Part shown: positions 1 through 10,541 of the stretch, piece by piece | Position numbering within the stretch: position 1 is the stretch's first letter | Layout of the letters: each line of letters opens with the position of its first letter | Assembly: GCA_030141605.1 (NCBI GenBank) | Contig: JAQGDQ010000078.1 | Span: 186,001 to 250,000 of the forward strand | Source of the DNA: Tubiluchus corallicola | Taxonomy: Eukaryota; Animalia; Priapulida | Length of the DNA stretch: 64,000 bases | Reading direction: 5' to 3' | Program-made: the position numbers and the translations under genes | Notes under the pieces: model-generated | Databases searched by the model: none | What the model was told of the DNA's origin: nothing | What the model saw: the letters and a program-made list of their open reading frames with translations, nothing else

Positions 1-269
1 AGATATTCTTGTTTTTTCTGATAAATTATCACACAATTCCTCAATAGCAGGGATTAGTAAATAAATATTTAAGTTTAAACAAGTTTATTTACTATCGTTA
101 CAACCAAAAGCACAGCATAAATTACAAAATATGAAAATTTTTAGAAGAATAAGAAACAAGGTAGAACATGCAGCAACAAGCACTTTTTCACTGTTACAAG
201 ATATATGAACGAAATAAAGTACACCCATTATTGTCTTCCTACTTCTTAGTCATCATTGTGATCACTAAT

Positions 270-3200
270 CATCTTTACCTTCGATGATCGGGGCGAAGCT
301 AATAGCTTTTTGCCCATGGTTGTAATACTTAATTATATACCTAAGTTTGTGGATCCGGTTAAACACTGTAACTGTTAATATTATGCCATTGTGGTGTATA
401 GTCAGGTGTGAGTCTTTAATTCTCCACCAAAAAGGTCCATTCAGGCTGAAATGGGTCGTGGTACATTTCAGGACGGTCTTTCCAATACTGATCCAGTTGT
501 ATCTTAAAGTGTGAAGCATTAGTGGCACACCATACTTTAGTATTTAATGAATTCCACTCACTGACATTCCTGAACATGAACCTATTCCTGTTTCTGCATC
601 TGGGCTTAATAACTTTATATCCAGTACCTCGTAGATTATTAGCAAAATAACGACCATGCTGTAGTTTAGTCATATTGTTCTTGATACGAAACATTAGGAT
701 CAAACCACCTCTCTTCCTTCAAAATGTCAGTGAGGGGAGCTTCAAATTCTTCATCCGTTCTGAATACGTCAGATGATTCATGGAATCTCAGGATGAAATT
801 TCAGGAACTAATTTTATAGTTCTACGTTGGACAGATTCCACTTTTCTTATTGCATTCAGTCTAGATGGATTCCATATGACATCTCTGTAGTCACGGATAA
901 GACGGGCAAAGGTTTTGTATAAAATCAGAAACATCGGGATATCTAGGAAACTGAAAGTTCTTCTAATTAACCAAAGCCTCTTGCTTTCTTGGTGACTCCA
1001 TCAGTATGTTGGCTAAATGTCAGCTTGTTATCCACATATATCCCAAGATCCTTTCAACACTCAATTTGCGTTATGATTCTCTGTCCACCTGACGTATCAC
1101 TCACGAAATTGTTAAATTCGTTATGGTTGTTCCCTAGATGCAGCGTTTTGCATTTATCTGCATTAAATGGCATTTGCCATTCTTTGGACCATGCATCCAT
1201 GACTGATATGTCACACTGCATTGTCATACGATTATAAACTGACTTTACACTTTTGTGTCATCGGCAAACATTTTGACTGTTGATGTTAATTTGTCTGGTA
1301 GGTCGTTAGCAAAGATAAGAAATAATAAGCACACTGCCCTGTGGTACGACACTCATTACAGCAACATCGGATGACTTACTAGAGTTGATTATTACACACT
1401 GCGAACAATTTGTTAAAAAATCTTGAATCCATGCTAAAATGTTACCAGATATTCCGTAAGCCTGCAGTTTTGAAACAAGTTTCTTGTGGGGAACCTTATC
1501 AAATGCTTGCCGAAAATCATAATATATCACGTTTACATCCCAGCCAGTCAGTTAAAACATCCAGCGTGATTTTTGAAATATCATCTTAAGCAGAGTTGCT
1601 AGCATTATCTTAAGCTGCTTTATTGCGAAGAGATGAAACTGATCGGATCCCATTGCTGAATCATCTTTGAGATGAGAAATGGCATCAATAATTAAATTCT
1701 CTGTGACTTCTGTTGAGCTGATACTGTGTCAGTTTGGCTGGCAAATCGTACATTAATTTCTTCCTCATCAGTAAACCCACTTGCAAAATACTGATTTAAA
1801 AGTTGTGCCTTATCAAAGTTCAGTTGTTTTATACACCATTGTTATTCAATGTTGGAACTTTATCCCATTTATTTAGATTCTGATTTACATATGCCCAGAA
1901 TTGCTTTGGTTTTTCTCGTGCAGACTCAACAAAGGTTCTCTCATAATTCTTCTTTGCATTGCGAATGACTGGCATTGTTCGATTTCTCTGTTGCACATAA
2001 AGTTGATAACTTTCAGCATCCTTCCTTGCTTCATAAATTCGCCACTTAGCTTTTTTCAGTTAGATTGCTGCTAATGACTGTTTAGTGATCCAAGCAGGTT
2101 TAAACTTGCCAGTTGTACTTGACTTATTAACATGGGTGTTGGTTTTTATACTCTCATGATATTTAGATGCAAAAACGCTCCAAGGTTCTACAGAGTTATA
2201 TTCTAAGTCGGACCAGCTGATGCGAGTCAAGTGTTGGTGTGTAAGTTGATAGCTTGCTTTAAAATAGTTTAGTTTGCCTGTTTGAGTTTAAGTACATGTT
2301 GTGCAGCGCACCCAAAAAAAATTATCATACCATGGTCTCTGGAAACTTTCCTAAAGGCACAAGTGTTTCAACATTATAAATTAATTCTGGATTGTCGCTG
2401 AAAACAAGATTTAACCAGCTGGGAGATTGACCCTGTCTATATCGGGTGGTACATAACACATGTTGGTAGAGCAATTATTGTACACAGCATTCATAAAATT
2501 GTGATTCTATTAGATGTATCACACAAATCAAAGAGAGTCATTGAGCGCCAACGTTCAACTGTCAATCTTGCAAAATTAAAATCGTCCATAATCAACAAGT
2601 TGGATTTTGCATATCTTGATGTATGTTCTGATAGGTTCAATAGTAATCTGTTGTCATCTGAACTAGTAGAAGTAGGACTTCTGTATATACATCCTATTAT
2701 ATATTTGCAGTTCCTTGTAGTGCTCACTTCTTCCCAAATTTGTTCAGCAAATTCGTTAAAGTCAAAGCTGTGAACCTTTGTAACAGAATAACAATCTCGA
2801 ATAAACAATAATTTACTCTGCCTGTGTCCCAATGTCGCTGATCAACAAAAGGCGAATGATATCCATCTAATTTAAAATCGTCCGCACAGTATAAAGATAG
2901 TGTTCTCTTAGGTTTAGCTTCAACAACCCCAATTAAGTCTGGATTATTAGTTGCAATAAATACTTTAAGCTCAGCTATTTTATTGCTTAAACAACCAGCA
3001 TTAAAAAATACATAGTTCAAGGATGAATTATTAGTAGAACAACTAGTGCTTCTTCTTGAGTTTGAGTAATAAGGTGCTGAATTAATTTTAGAGTCAGTAA
3101 CTCTATTTACATTATGTACAAGATTGTCATGTCTTATGTGTCAATTATTAACAGAAATACTACCACTTCTAGTAATCCTCCTGTTTGTACTGATTTTGTC

Positions 3201-3640
3201 CGCCTCTATCAACTGCAAACTAGTTCTGTCATAAATTTGCTTGACTGTTTTTGATTGGAGGTGATTTTGGCTATTACTGTGCAAATCAACTACGGCTTTA
3301 ATTTGAGTCTCATCATCTTTTGCTGTGGTTGAAAAATTGGTATCCAAACTTTCATCATCATCGTCATCTGCCACTGCACATTCCTGTGGTTACGAGGTTG
3401 GTTGTGATCCAGCAAAAGTAGTGTCTGTTTGCAGGGGTCTTCGTTCTGTCATTGTGTTTGCTGACCGATCAGATTTCAGAGACTTTATCTGGGACTATTC
3501 GACTGACTGTTACAATTTTCCGTTTCTTAATAGTTAGATTATCTTCGCCTTTTTCTCTACGTGTCTTTAACTCATTCCTCAGTTGTTTTTGCACTTCATA
3601 ATAACTTTTGATATGCAGTCTTCAGTAAGAAAAACAACAA
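270..3640 (-). mobile_element. Decayed CR1-clade LINE (copy A): ORF1 C-terminus, APE endonuclease, RT, 3' UTR; 5'-truncated, with frameshifts and stops
   Basis: Minus-strand translation gives an ORF1 end (KQLRNELKTRREKGEDNLTIKKRKIV, ~3510-3590), APE motifs (FFNAGCLSNKIAELK..PDLIGVVE; IIGCIYRSP; LLIMDDFNF), RT motifs (YYDFRQAFDKVPH; VPQGSVL; KMFADDT at ~1255-1275) and a C-terminal FKIQLDQYW..PFQPEW. Confidence 0.9.
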
Positions 3641-3689
3641 AAACCATTATGCACACCTGCTCAATTTGGAAAACTTACTGTGTAGATAT

Positions 3690-4400
3690 TAATTAAAACC
3701 TCCATAAAAAACAATACACTTTGAGGAAGATTTACCAGAAACACCTGTTTCGCATAGAAATCTCCCATCGAAGGGACAAGTTCTATAATGAACTGCCATT
3801 TGATGGAATAGATGGTTAAATAAGCTTGGAATTGGTCAGTATGCTGCTTTTCTTCTTGTGAAAGATCCAGGCATTCTTTGCCAACTAAAATGTGATAGTG
3901 CATTGCTAACAATTAACATCAAGCAGTACATCAATTATGTTCACTAAAGCTCTGCTGACTGCCCAGTCAGGGAGCTTGATGTTTCACACACCTCCAGAAC
4001 CTACGTGTTGCCGTTCTTTCAGGACATTAGCTGCAGTTGTGTTTTGCCGGACATGTTACACTGTTATGTAAAATATCCAGCTTTTCATTAGTTAGCGGGA
4101 GAAACAATTATTGTCACAACAGAGGTGGAGTAATAGCCAATGTGCGATTGACGTCAATTGTGACTGACATAAATCTAGAGATAATACAAGAAGTGAATCA
4201 CTGATCACTGGCATACAAGTTGTCTGCAGATTCTAAATGAATGTCCCATTCATTACCTGGAAAGACCTCCCATACGGTCAACTCCACAGTTCCTTCGAGG
4301 TCTTCAAGCTTCTTGGGTGGTCTCTTAAGTGCAAAAGTCCAGTAAAAACGGCTGTACATGCACATTAAATGTGGCAGCACTGCAGACCGTTGCATAAGAA
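3690..4400 (-). mobile_element. Degraded BEL/Pao LTR-retrotransposon pol fragment (RNase H to integrase), internally deleted
   Basis: QFQAYLTIYSIKWQFIIELVPSMGDFY resembles the BEL/Pao integrase motif I.W.F....APW.GG.YER. GNEWDIHLESADNLYAS resembles W.HV....NPAD..SR. Many stops; no LTR seen. Confidence 0.55.
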
Positions 4401-7400
4401 TTCTAGATTTGTGTATTCCAGCAGTTCGATATACATTTCTATTTTGTTTTTAAATTGATTATGTTTCTATCATCTATTCTGGTTTGTGGCAGGCTGTTCC
4501 AGTGATTGATTACACGTTGGGAGTGTAAGTTTTTATATACATCCTGTTTTGTATGACATTTATATTTGCTTGTTGTGTCCTCTTCTTACTTGCGTCTTCA
4601 TCTGAAACATTTTTATCTATATTAATGTCCGTGCTGTTTAAAAATTTGCATATTTGAAGCAAGTCACATCAAAGTCTGCATGTTGCCATTGTCTGTAGTC
4701 GCAGTTGCTGCAATTTCTTGCAGTAAACCAGATTTTTTATTGAAATGCAGAGTTTTGTGGCCCTTCTTTGCACACCCTCAATCAATCTGGCATCTTGCAA
4801 GTAATATGGATTTGTACAAAAGTAAAATCACTGTTTTAGATCTACTGCTAAAGTTCCTTCTTACCATTTCAAGTAGTTGATTTGCCTTTTTTACTCCTGC
4901 TATATGTAATGCTGGCTTGAAATCGTCACTTATTTTAATGCCCAGGTCAGTTTATTTTCTAACTTTTACTAGTAAGTTTCCATCGATATTGTATTCCTGA
5001 CATGGGTTTCCATAACTAACACAAATTACCTTGCATTTACTTTGGTGGAACACCATTTACCAGCCTGCCAACCAACAAAAAAGTAGCCTGAGTGATTGTC
5101 TGAGTTCCATTAGGTTATCTAAAGTACCGACTTTTTCTAACATTTTGCAATCATCAGCAAATTTAGATAACATTACGAAATTTAATTTAGAATTTAGATA
5201 ATTTAGATAAATTCATATGGAACAAAATAGGTCCTAATATAGACCCTTGTGGGAACCCTGAGATAACATTTATGTCACTCAACATTTTTCCATTAATACA
5301 TGTTCTCTGTTCTGCCTTTAAGCCAATTTGCTATCCATATTAGTAAGTGATCTTTAATATCCATTACTTTTACTTCATTGATTTATCTGACATGTGACAC
5401 TTGATCAAATTCTTTCTGAAAGTTTAAGTATATAATGCCAATTGAGTTCCCCTCACCTAAAGCTGTTGTCACATTTTCCAGGATGTCCAGTAAGTTAGTT
5501 ATACATGACATCCCAGGGAAAGAATCCATGTTGTGAGTCCCTTATTAACCCATTTTCTAGTAAATGTTGCAATATGATATTCTTCATTATTGATTCCACG
5601 ATTTTACTAGCTCTTTTGATGCAAGTAATATAGGTCCATAGGTGTCTGGTAAATCCTTTTTGCCACGTTTGAAGATAAGTGTTATGTTAGCCATTCTCCA
5701 TGTTAGTGGAACTTCTCTTGTAATTAATGACATATTAAAAATTTGAGTTATATTATCCCTTATGTATAATATGACTCCACTTCCTCTTCTACTTACTCTA
5801 CCAGCTCTAAATATTTGGTATTTGTAGCTCCGATTGTTGTACCTGATTGTGTGCCCAAGTGTCAGTTAATCCTATAACATCTGACTGAATATTTTATTGT
5901 TGCTTCAAATTCACTTTTCATATTGGATATACTTCTGATATTAGTATAAAAAAGACAATCTATTTACACGTTACAATTTTTGTTTGCATTTCTGCCTCAT
6001 TGTATGTGTCTCGTGACACACTTCCATCTTTGCATTCATACTTGCCACCATCCCATTCATTATTTGCTTTCTTGTGTGATCTCGACCGTGTGTTGTGTGC
6101 GGTCCTGCGTTTTATGATTGTCATTTAATATCACTGCTTACACGCTCAGTTAACCCTTTATATGCCACTTCCATCTTTGTATTCACTTTTGCCACCGTTC
6201 ATCCCATCTTCATGAACCTTGTCATTGCCAAACCTGTATTTGGTTTTTTGTGTGATCTTGACCGTGTGTTTTTCACTCCCTTGGGTTTTATTTTCCTCGT
6301 TTACTATCACTGTTTTTTCCGTTTCTTTTGGCTCATTGTCTGTATCTTCTGACTCATTTTCATCTTTGTGTTCATATATGTCACCGTTCATCTCCTCTTT
6401 ATGAATTGTTTGATTGACTGACTATGTTTGGTTTTTTCTGGGATTTTGACGGTGTGTTTTCATAGCATACCGTGTTTTATAATCCTCATTTATTATGACT
6501 GTTTTTTGCTCTTCGCTTGAGTCCTTGATTATGTCAAATGCCTTAGAGTGGCTATTTTCTAGGTTACTGTGATTATTAAAAAAATAAGTAAGTTCCTGGC
6601 GGGCTTGATCATCATACGGGCGTTGTCACATTTATACTGCCTTCTACTGTCTTACTAGTATTGTCACCTTTTTATATTACATCGTTTGTGCTACTTTCTG
6701 CAATCAGCTTCTGTCCATCAGGCACTACTTTACCTGAAAGTATATCCTGGTCCCTGTAATGGAATTCTCAGACACTTGTTTGTCCTGCTGCTGTCCTTCT
6801 GTGGTATATGGTGCTTTTGCTGTTTTTGGTATAGTCACGGGCATCATGTTTCAGTAGTAGCTTTGTTTTCATCTGCCATTTCTTCTGTCATTGTGTTCTT
6901 GTCACCTATTTGTTTGGTTGAGTGTTATCGTTGCATTTGTCATTTTTCTCATTCGTTTTATGACTTAAGCCTGTACTTGTCTCTGCAAATTTCTTATCCT
7001 GTGCATCATTTGTCATCTCGTTCACTACTTTACTTTTAATTGACTTAGCTTCGGCTTTTTCCCTTGTAATTCTTCTGTTTCTAAAATCAATAACTGTATT
7101 CGACTTTTTGCTTTTCTTTGTTTGAAGATCTTCTTTTTTGATTACCATCTTGGTGTGATCTGGAAAATTGCAATATGTGTTTTGGCTTTTTTTGCACTGC
7201 ATTGGCTTTTAGGATTTCAGTCCTTGTTTTTGAATCTGTTGTTATGACTTTCAGTGGAGCTTGTCCCCTATTTTCCTTCAAAATCTTGAAAGTTTTCCTT
7301 CAAAATCTTTCAATTGCTTACACAACATTTACGTTAATTTTAAATTTGTCTCTGCAATATGGTATAAACTATAAAGAGTTCTGCATTACAGTCAACGTTT

Positions 7401-8330
7401 TCATTCTCCTCACGGCCAAATACTATGAGACTATTCCTCTTTTGTTGCCTGTCTAATTTCTCTCTAGTTTCCCTATTATGTCCTTTCTGTAGTTTTTTGT
7501 ACTAGCTGTGGTTCACTGCCCCCTGGCTCTATTTGGTTGATGATGTCTTGTAATTTAGGCTCGAGTATTGCTCGCAATGCAGAGTCTACTTTCTCTTCTA
7601 GGGAATTTCTAATTTCATCAGAAATATCCGCACCACAGGCTCCCATGTAATGCTTGTCCTACATTCAATTGTGACCTACTTTCCTGCAGGCCCTGCATTT
7701 TAGATTGCATTGTCTCCAATAGTGCCTCGTCAACTTTTTTCTCCAATCATGTGAGCCTATTATTGACTACTGTCTGTTCATTTTGAATAATGTGAACAGC
7801 TGTAAGTTCTTTTTCACACCCCTTATTACATCCATTGCAAACCCATTTCACTTGATGTTTTGTGCGATCACTACGCATCATGCCAGGAAAATGTATAAAC
7901 ATGGTCTGAGATTTTTTGACATGTCCTATTGTGCCCTTTATTGCAGATGTCAATCTAGTGCTAGATCATTTTCTGAACACTTAGCAGTGCTTTTGATGCA
8001 TTATTTTTCCTCATTTTAATTCTTATATATTGATAACCACAGGCTGGGAGTCTATTGATAACCACAGGCTGGGTATATCTAATCTCAGGTCATTTTCCAG
8101 CATCGGTTGGGCAGCTTTTCTAATAGTTTATATTTTGGTTTTCCTATGGCAGCTATTATTTTTACTTCATCTTAATGCATCTTTAGTTCTAAATGATGCC
8201 ACCATCCACCAAGTTTCAGGTTCCAATTTCGACAATTTTTTCTGATTCACATTTGCTATTTTCAGGCTTTTCTCTCATTCGCCTCCCGCTGACCTATTGA
8301 CCCTCATTGACGCAAAGTGAGAAAAAACAT
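4400..8330 (-). mobile_element. Near-full-length but dead CR1-clade LINE (copy B, different family): PHD-finger ORF1, repeat-rich linker, APE N-terminus fused to RT by an internal deletion
   Basis: PHD remnant (~7790-8010, ..VKWVCNGC); APE start LYTNIRSISNMKSEFE..DVIGLTDTW..RRGSGVILYIRD (~5755-5960); RT motifs WRMANITLIFKRG, DSQHGF, SGFPQGSILGP and LSKFADDCK (~5140-5170); 3' region near 4400-4560. Confidence 0.85.
6020..6470. repeat. Three degenerate ~150-190 bp tandem units inside LINE copy B
   Basis: Recurrent blocks catctttg(c/t)(a/g)ttca..(g/t)caccg and tgtgtgatct(c/t)gaccgtgtg at ~6025-6095, ~6170-6270 and ~6360-6460; minus-strand peptide HTVKITQK..GGK.E.KDGS. Confidence 0.7.
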
Positions 8331-8437
8331 ATTTGAAACATACATGCTCATTTTTGTTTGTATATTAGCCAAATTGACCACATCAGCCGGTCCATGGATG
8401 AAGCTCTGTCATTAACGAGGAACATCAGAAAAGTAAT

Positions 8438-9377
8438 TAGGACCGGATTAAGGCCTCATGAGGCCCTAAGCACCGAAAGATAATGAAACCCCTAATAAAA
8501 GTCTCCCATGTATATGTAATTCAGAATAAAAACAATACTAAACTGTAAAACTTTCGAAATACAAAAACTTGTAGTAAGATTTGTTTACAGTAAAATGCTA
8601 GGGCATCAGCTTTAGATTAGATTAGAGTAGATATTTATTGACGTTTGTCAGCTGTAATTACATTGCATAAATGCTACAACAATACTTGCCAAAACAAATA
8701 CTCCATAAAAACTCATTTCAAGTAACATCTGTTTCCAAACAAAAATTAAATATAAATTACATCAATAACAAATACGAATAACACGAAAACTAGTTGAGCT
8801 GAACCATGAGGTAGTTATTGTGCAATACTAACTGCATCTCAAGTCCCTTTGTATTCTTTTAATGCACAGTAAACAAATGCACACAATTTTTTATGATCTT
8901 TCACATTCACTAATTCGTGTATATTAGCAGCGTTATTAAGACTAAACTCAGTTTACAAATGACTCCTTCTATGACATGCAAAATATGCTCTTCATCTTGT
9001 ATTTGGCCACATGAAGAAAGTTTATTTTCCATTTACATTGCATAAAAAAGCGATATTCGTTTAAAAATACAGAGATGACTCTCAACCTTATAAAAGATCA
9101 TTCATTCAGTTTATCTACATGCCAATTGGACACCAATAAACATTCACAGAGCAGCTTATTACAAAAGATCGACATTATACATTATACATAATAAATAAAA
9201 CTTGTCCTAGCAAATATTTTCTGTTTCAATAACAGTGAAATATGTACTATATCCACACCGTCATATTGTAAACGAAATTTACTTTTGGGTAATTATTGAA
9301 TTTGCAAAACTGTGTAGGCCTCTTTTCCCGAAACCTTAGGCACGTACTTATTTTTCTTAATGGTTAATCCAAGTCTG
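8438..9377. mobile_element. Non-autonomous hAT-like MITE (copy 1) carrying a nested LINE 3' fragment
   Basis: Imperfect TIRs taggaccggattaa (8438) and ttaatccaagtctg (9364-9377). Internal blocks (gaggccctaag, aaacaatactaaactgtaaa, ccttaggcacgt) recur in the copy at 36822-37562. Confidence 0.6.
8608..9290 (-). mobile_element. 3' end of an L2/CR1-group (Crack/Daphne-like) LINE with a (TCTAA)n tail
   Basis: Minus-strand SCGQIQDEEHILH zinc-knuckle remnant (~8975-9015), a short 3' UTR stem-loop at 8808-8841, aataaa and a (ttaga)n tail at 8610-8640. Confidence 0.6.
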
Positions 9378-9379
9378 CA

Positions 9380-9540
9380 CTGATGCTGTTTGATCCAAGA
9401 GAGACACAGGCCTCCCCGGGGACGATTCCAGTTGGTGAGGGAAAGGCGGGCAGCAGAAGTTCCCGACTGGGATGGATTCATCCAGGTCTGCCGCGCAAGC
9501 ATCGAGTGGAAGACAGCTTTGCTTGACGACAAACATTTCA
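9380..9540 (-). mobile_element. RTE-clade LINE C-terminal fragment
   Basis: GC-rich patch translating ..LSLTNWNRPRGGLCLSWIKQ, like the RTE W.RPRGRP..SW motif. Confidence 0.5.
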
Positions 9541-10040
9541 TATTTTAATTTTATGTGTAAAACTTAAGCAAACCTGCCCCTGGATTAAATTTCTCCCAGC
9601 TAGGTAGAAACATGACCTGAACCGTTTTAAATTAATTAAAACTCTGCCTGTCCCAAGGCAATTGTAACTTCCTATTTTTTAATTTAAATTTTTATGCTGT
9701 TACAAAAATTTTTCAAATACTAATATGCAACATAAAATTTATCGTTAATGTTATGTTCCCGGGGAGGGAACTATCAAAAATTTTACTATAAATGTGGAAT
9801 CTCAGACTCTTATAAAAAGGTACTTATATTGTTAATGACTGAAAAAGTGAGACCTGTTCAGATTAAAACTGTGTATACATATGACCCAGTGAGGTAGTTT
9901 CCCATGAGTTTGGCAAAATAAAAAGTGTTACTTATTATTATCTTGCTGCCAAAAACATTAGTACAAACTCATAATTAATTAAATTTTTCACATCAAACTT
10001 GAAAGGCAGAAAATGTGTGAAAAAGTTGGATAATAACATT

Positions 10041-10116
10041 GGAGCCTGTATTTGAACCAGGGACCTCCGATCTGCTTACAAGAAGATGCCCTTGATCATT
10101 AGGCCACCATAACCCC
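10041..10116 (-). mobile_element. tRNA-derived SINE head or tRNA pseudogene
   Basis: Reverse complement ggtggcctaatgatcaagg (A box) ... ggttcaaatac (B box); anticodon arm not cleanly foldable. Confidence 0.55.
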
Positions 10117-10457
10117 AGCGATCAAGAGAGTCTAAAGTTATGGAATGTCACATGAATAATGGATTTATTATCAGTCCGATTTATCGTCGGTGCGCACCAT
10201 TATATTTTTAAAATACTGTATTGTTTTGTTGTAAGATGTTTAAAATATATGTAAGTAAGTAGGTAAAGGTCTTTTATTTTTATAAAAAGTTTCCATTTTC
10301 TATAGCTGCTTTACAATTAAGAAGTTACTAAACTGTTAGTAAACGAACAATTTGCAAATTAATATATGAGCAACATTTTAACTTGCAATTAAGTTTTTTG
10401 CACATACCATTTTATAAAGTTACCAAACGTTTCAAAAACCATTTTGAAAACGTTTTT

Positions 10458-10541
10458 GAGATGGTGCAAAAGGTTGCATTCTTCATTGAGGGCCGTTTAC
10501 CTTGTTAGCAGAAGATCTCTGGTTCAAATCTAGACTGTCCC
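10458..10541 (+). mobile_element. Degenerate tRNA-derived segment
   Basis: atggtgcaaaaggtt (A-box-like) ... ctggttcaaatctagac (B box); shares ttgt(t)agcaga..ctggttcaaat with the minus-strand copy at 10041-10116. Confidence 0.4.

Noticed and set aside
8808-8841. let-7-like microRNA (tgaggtagtt start with a hairpin)
   Set aside because: The hairpin is only ~35 nt, the match ends shortly after the seed, and it lies in a LINE 3' UTR.
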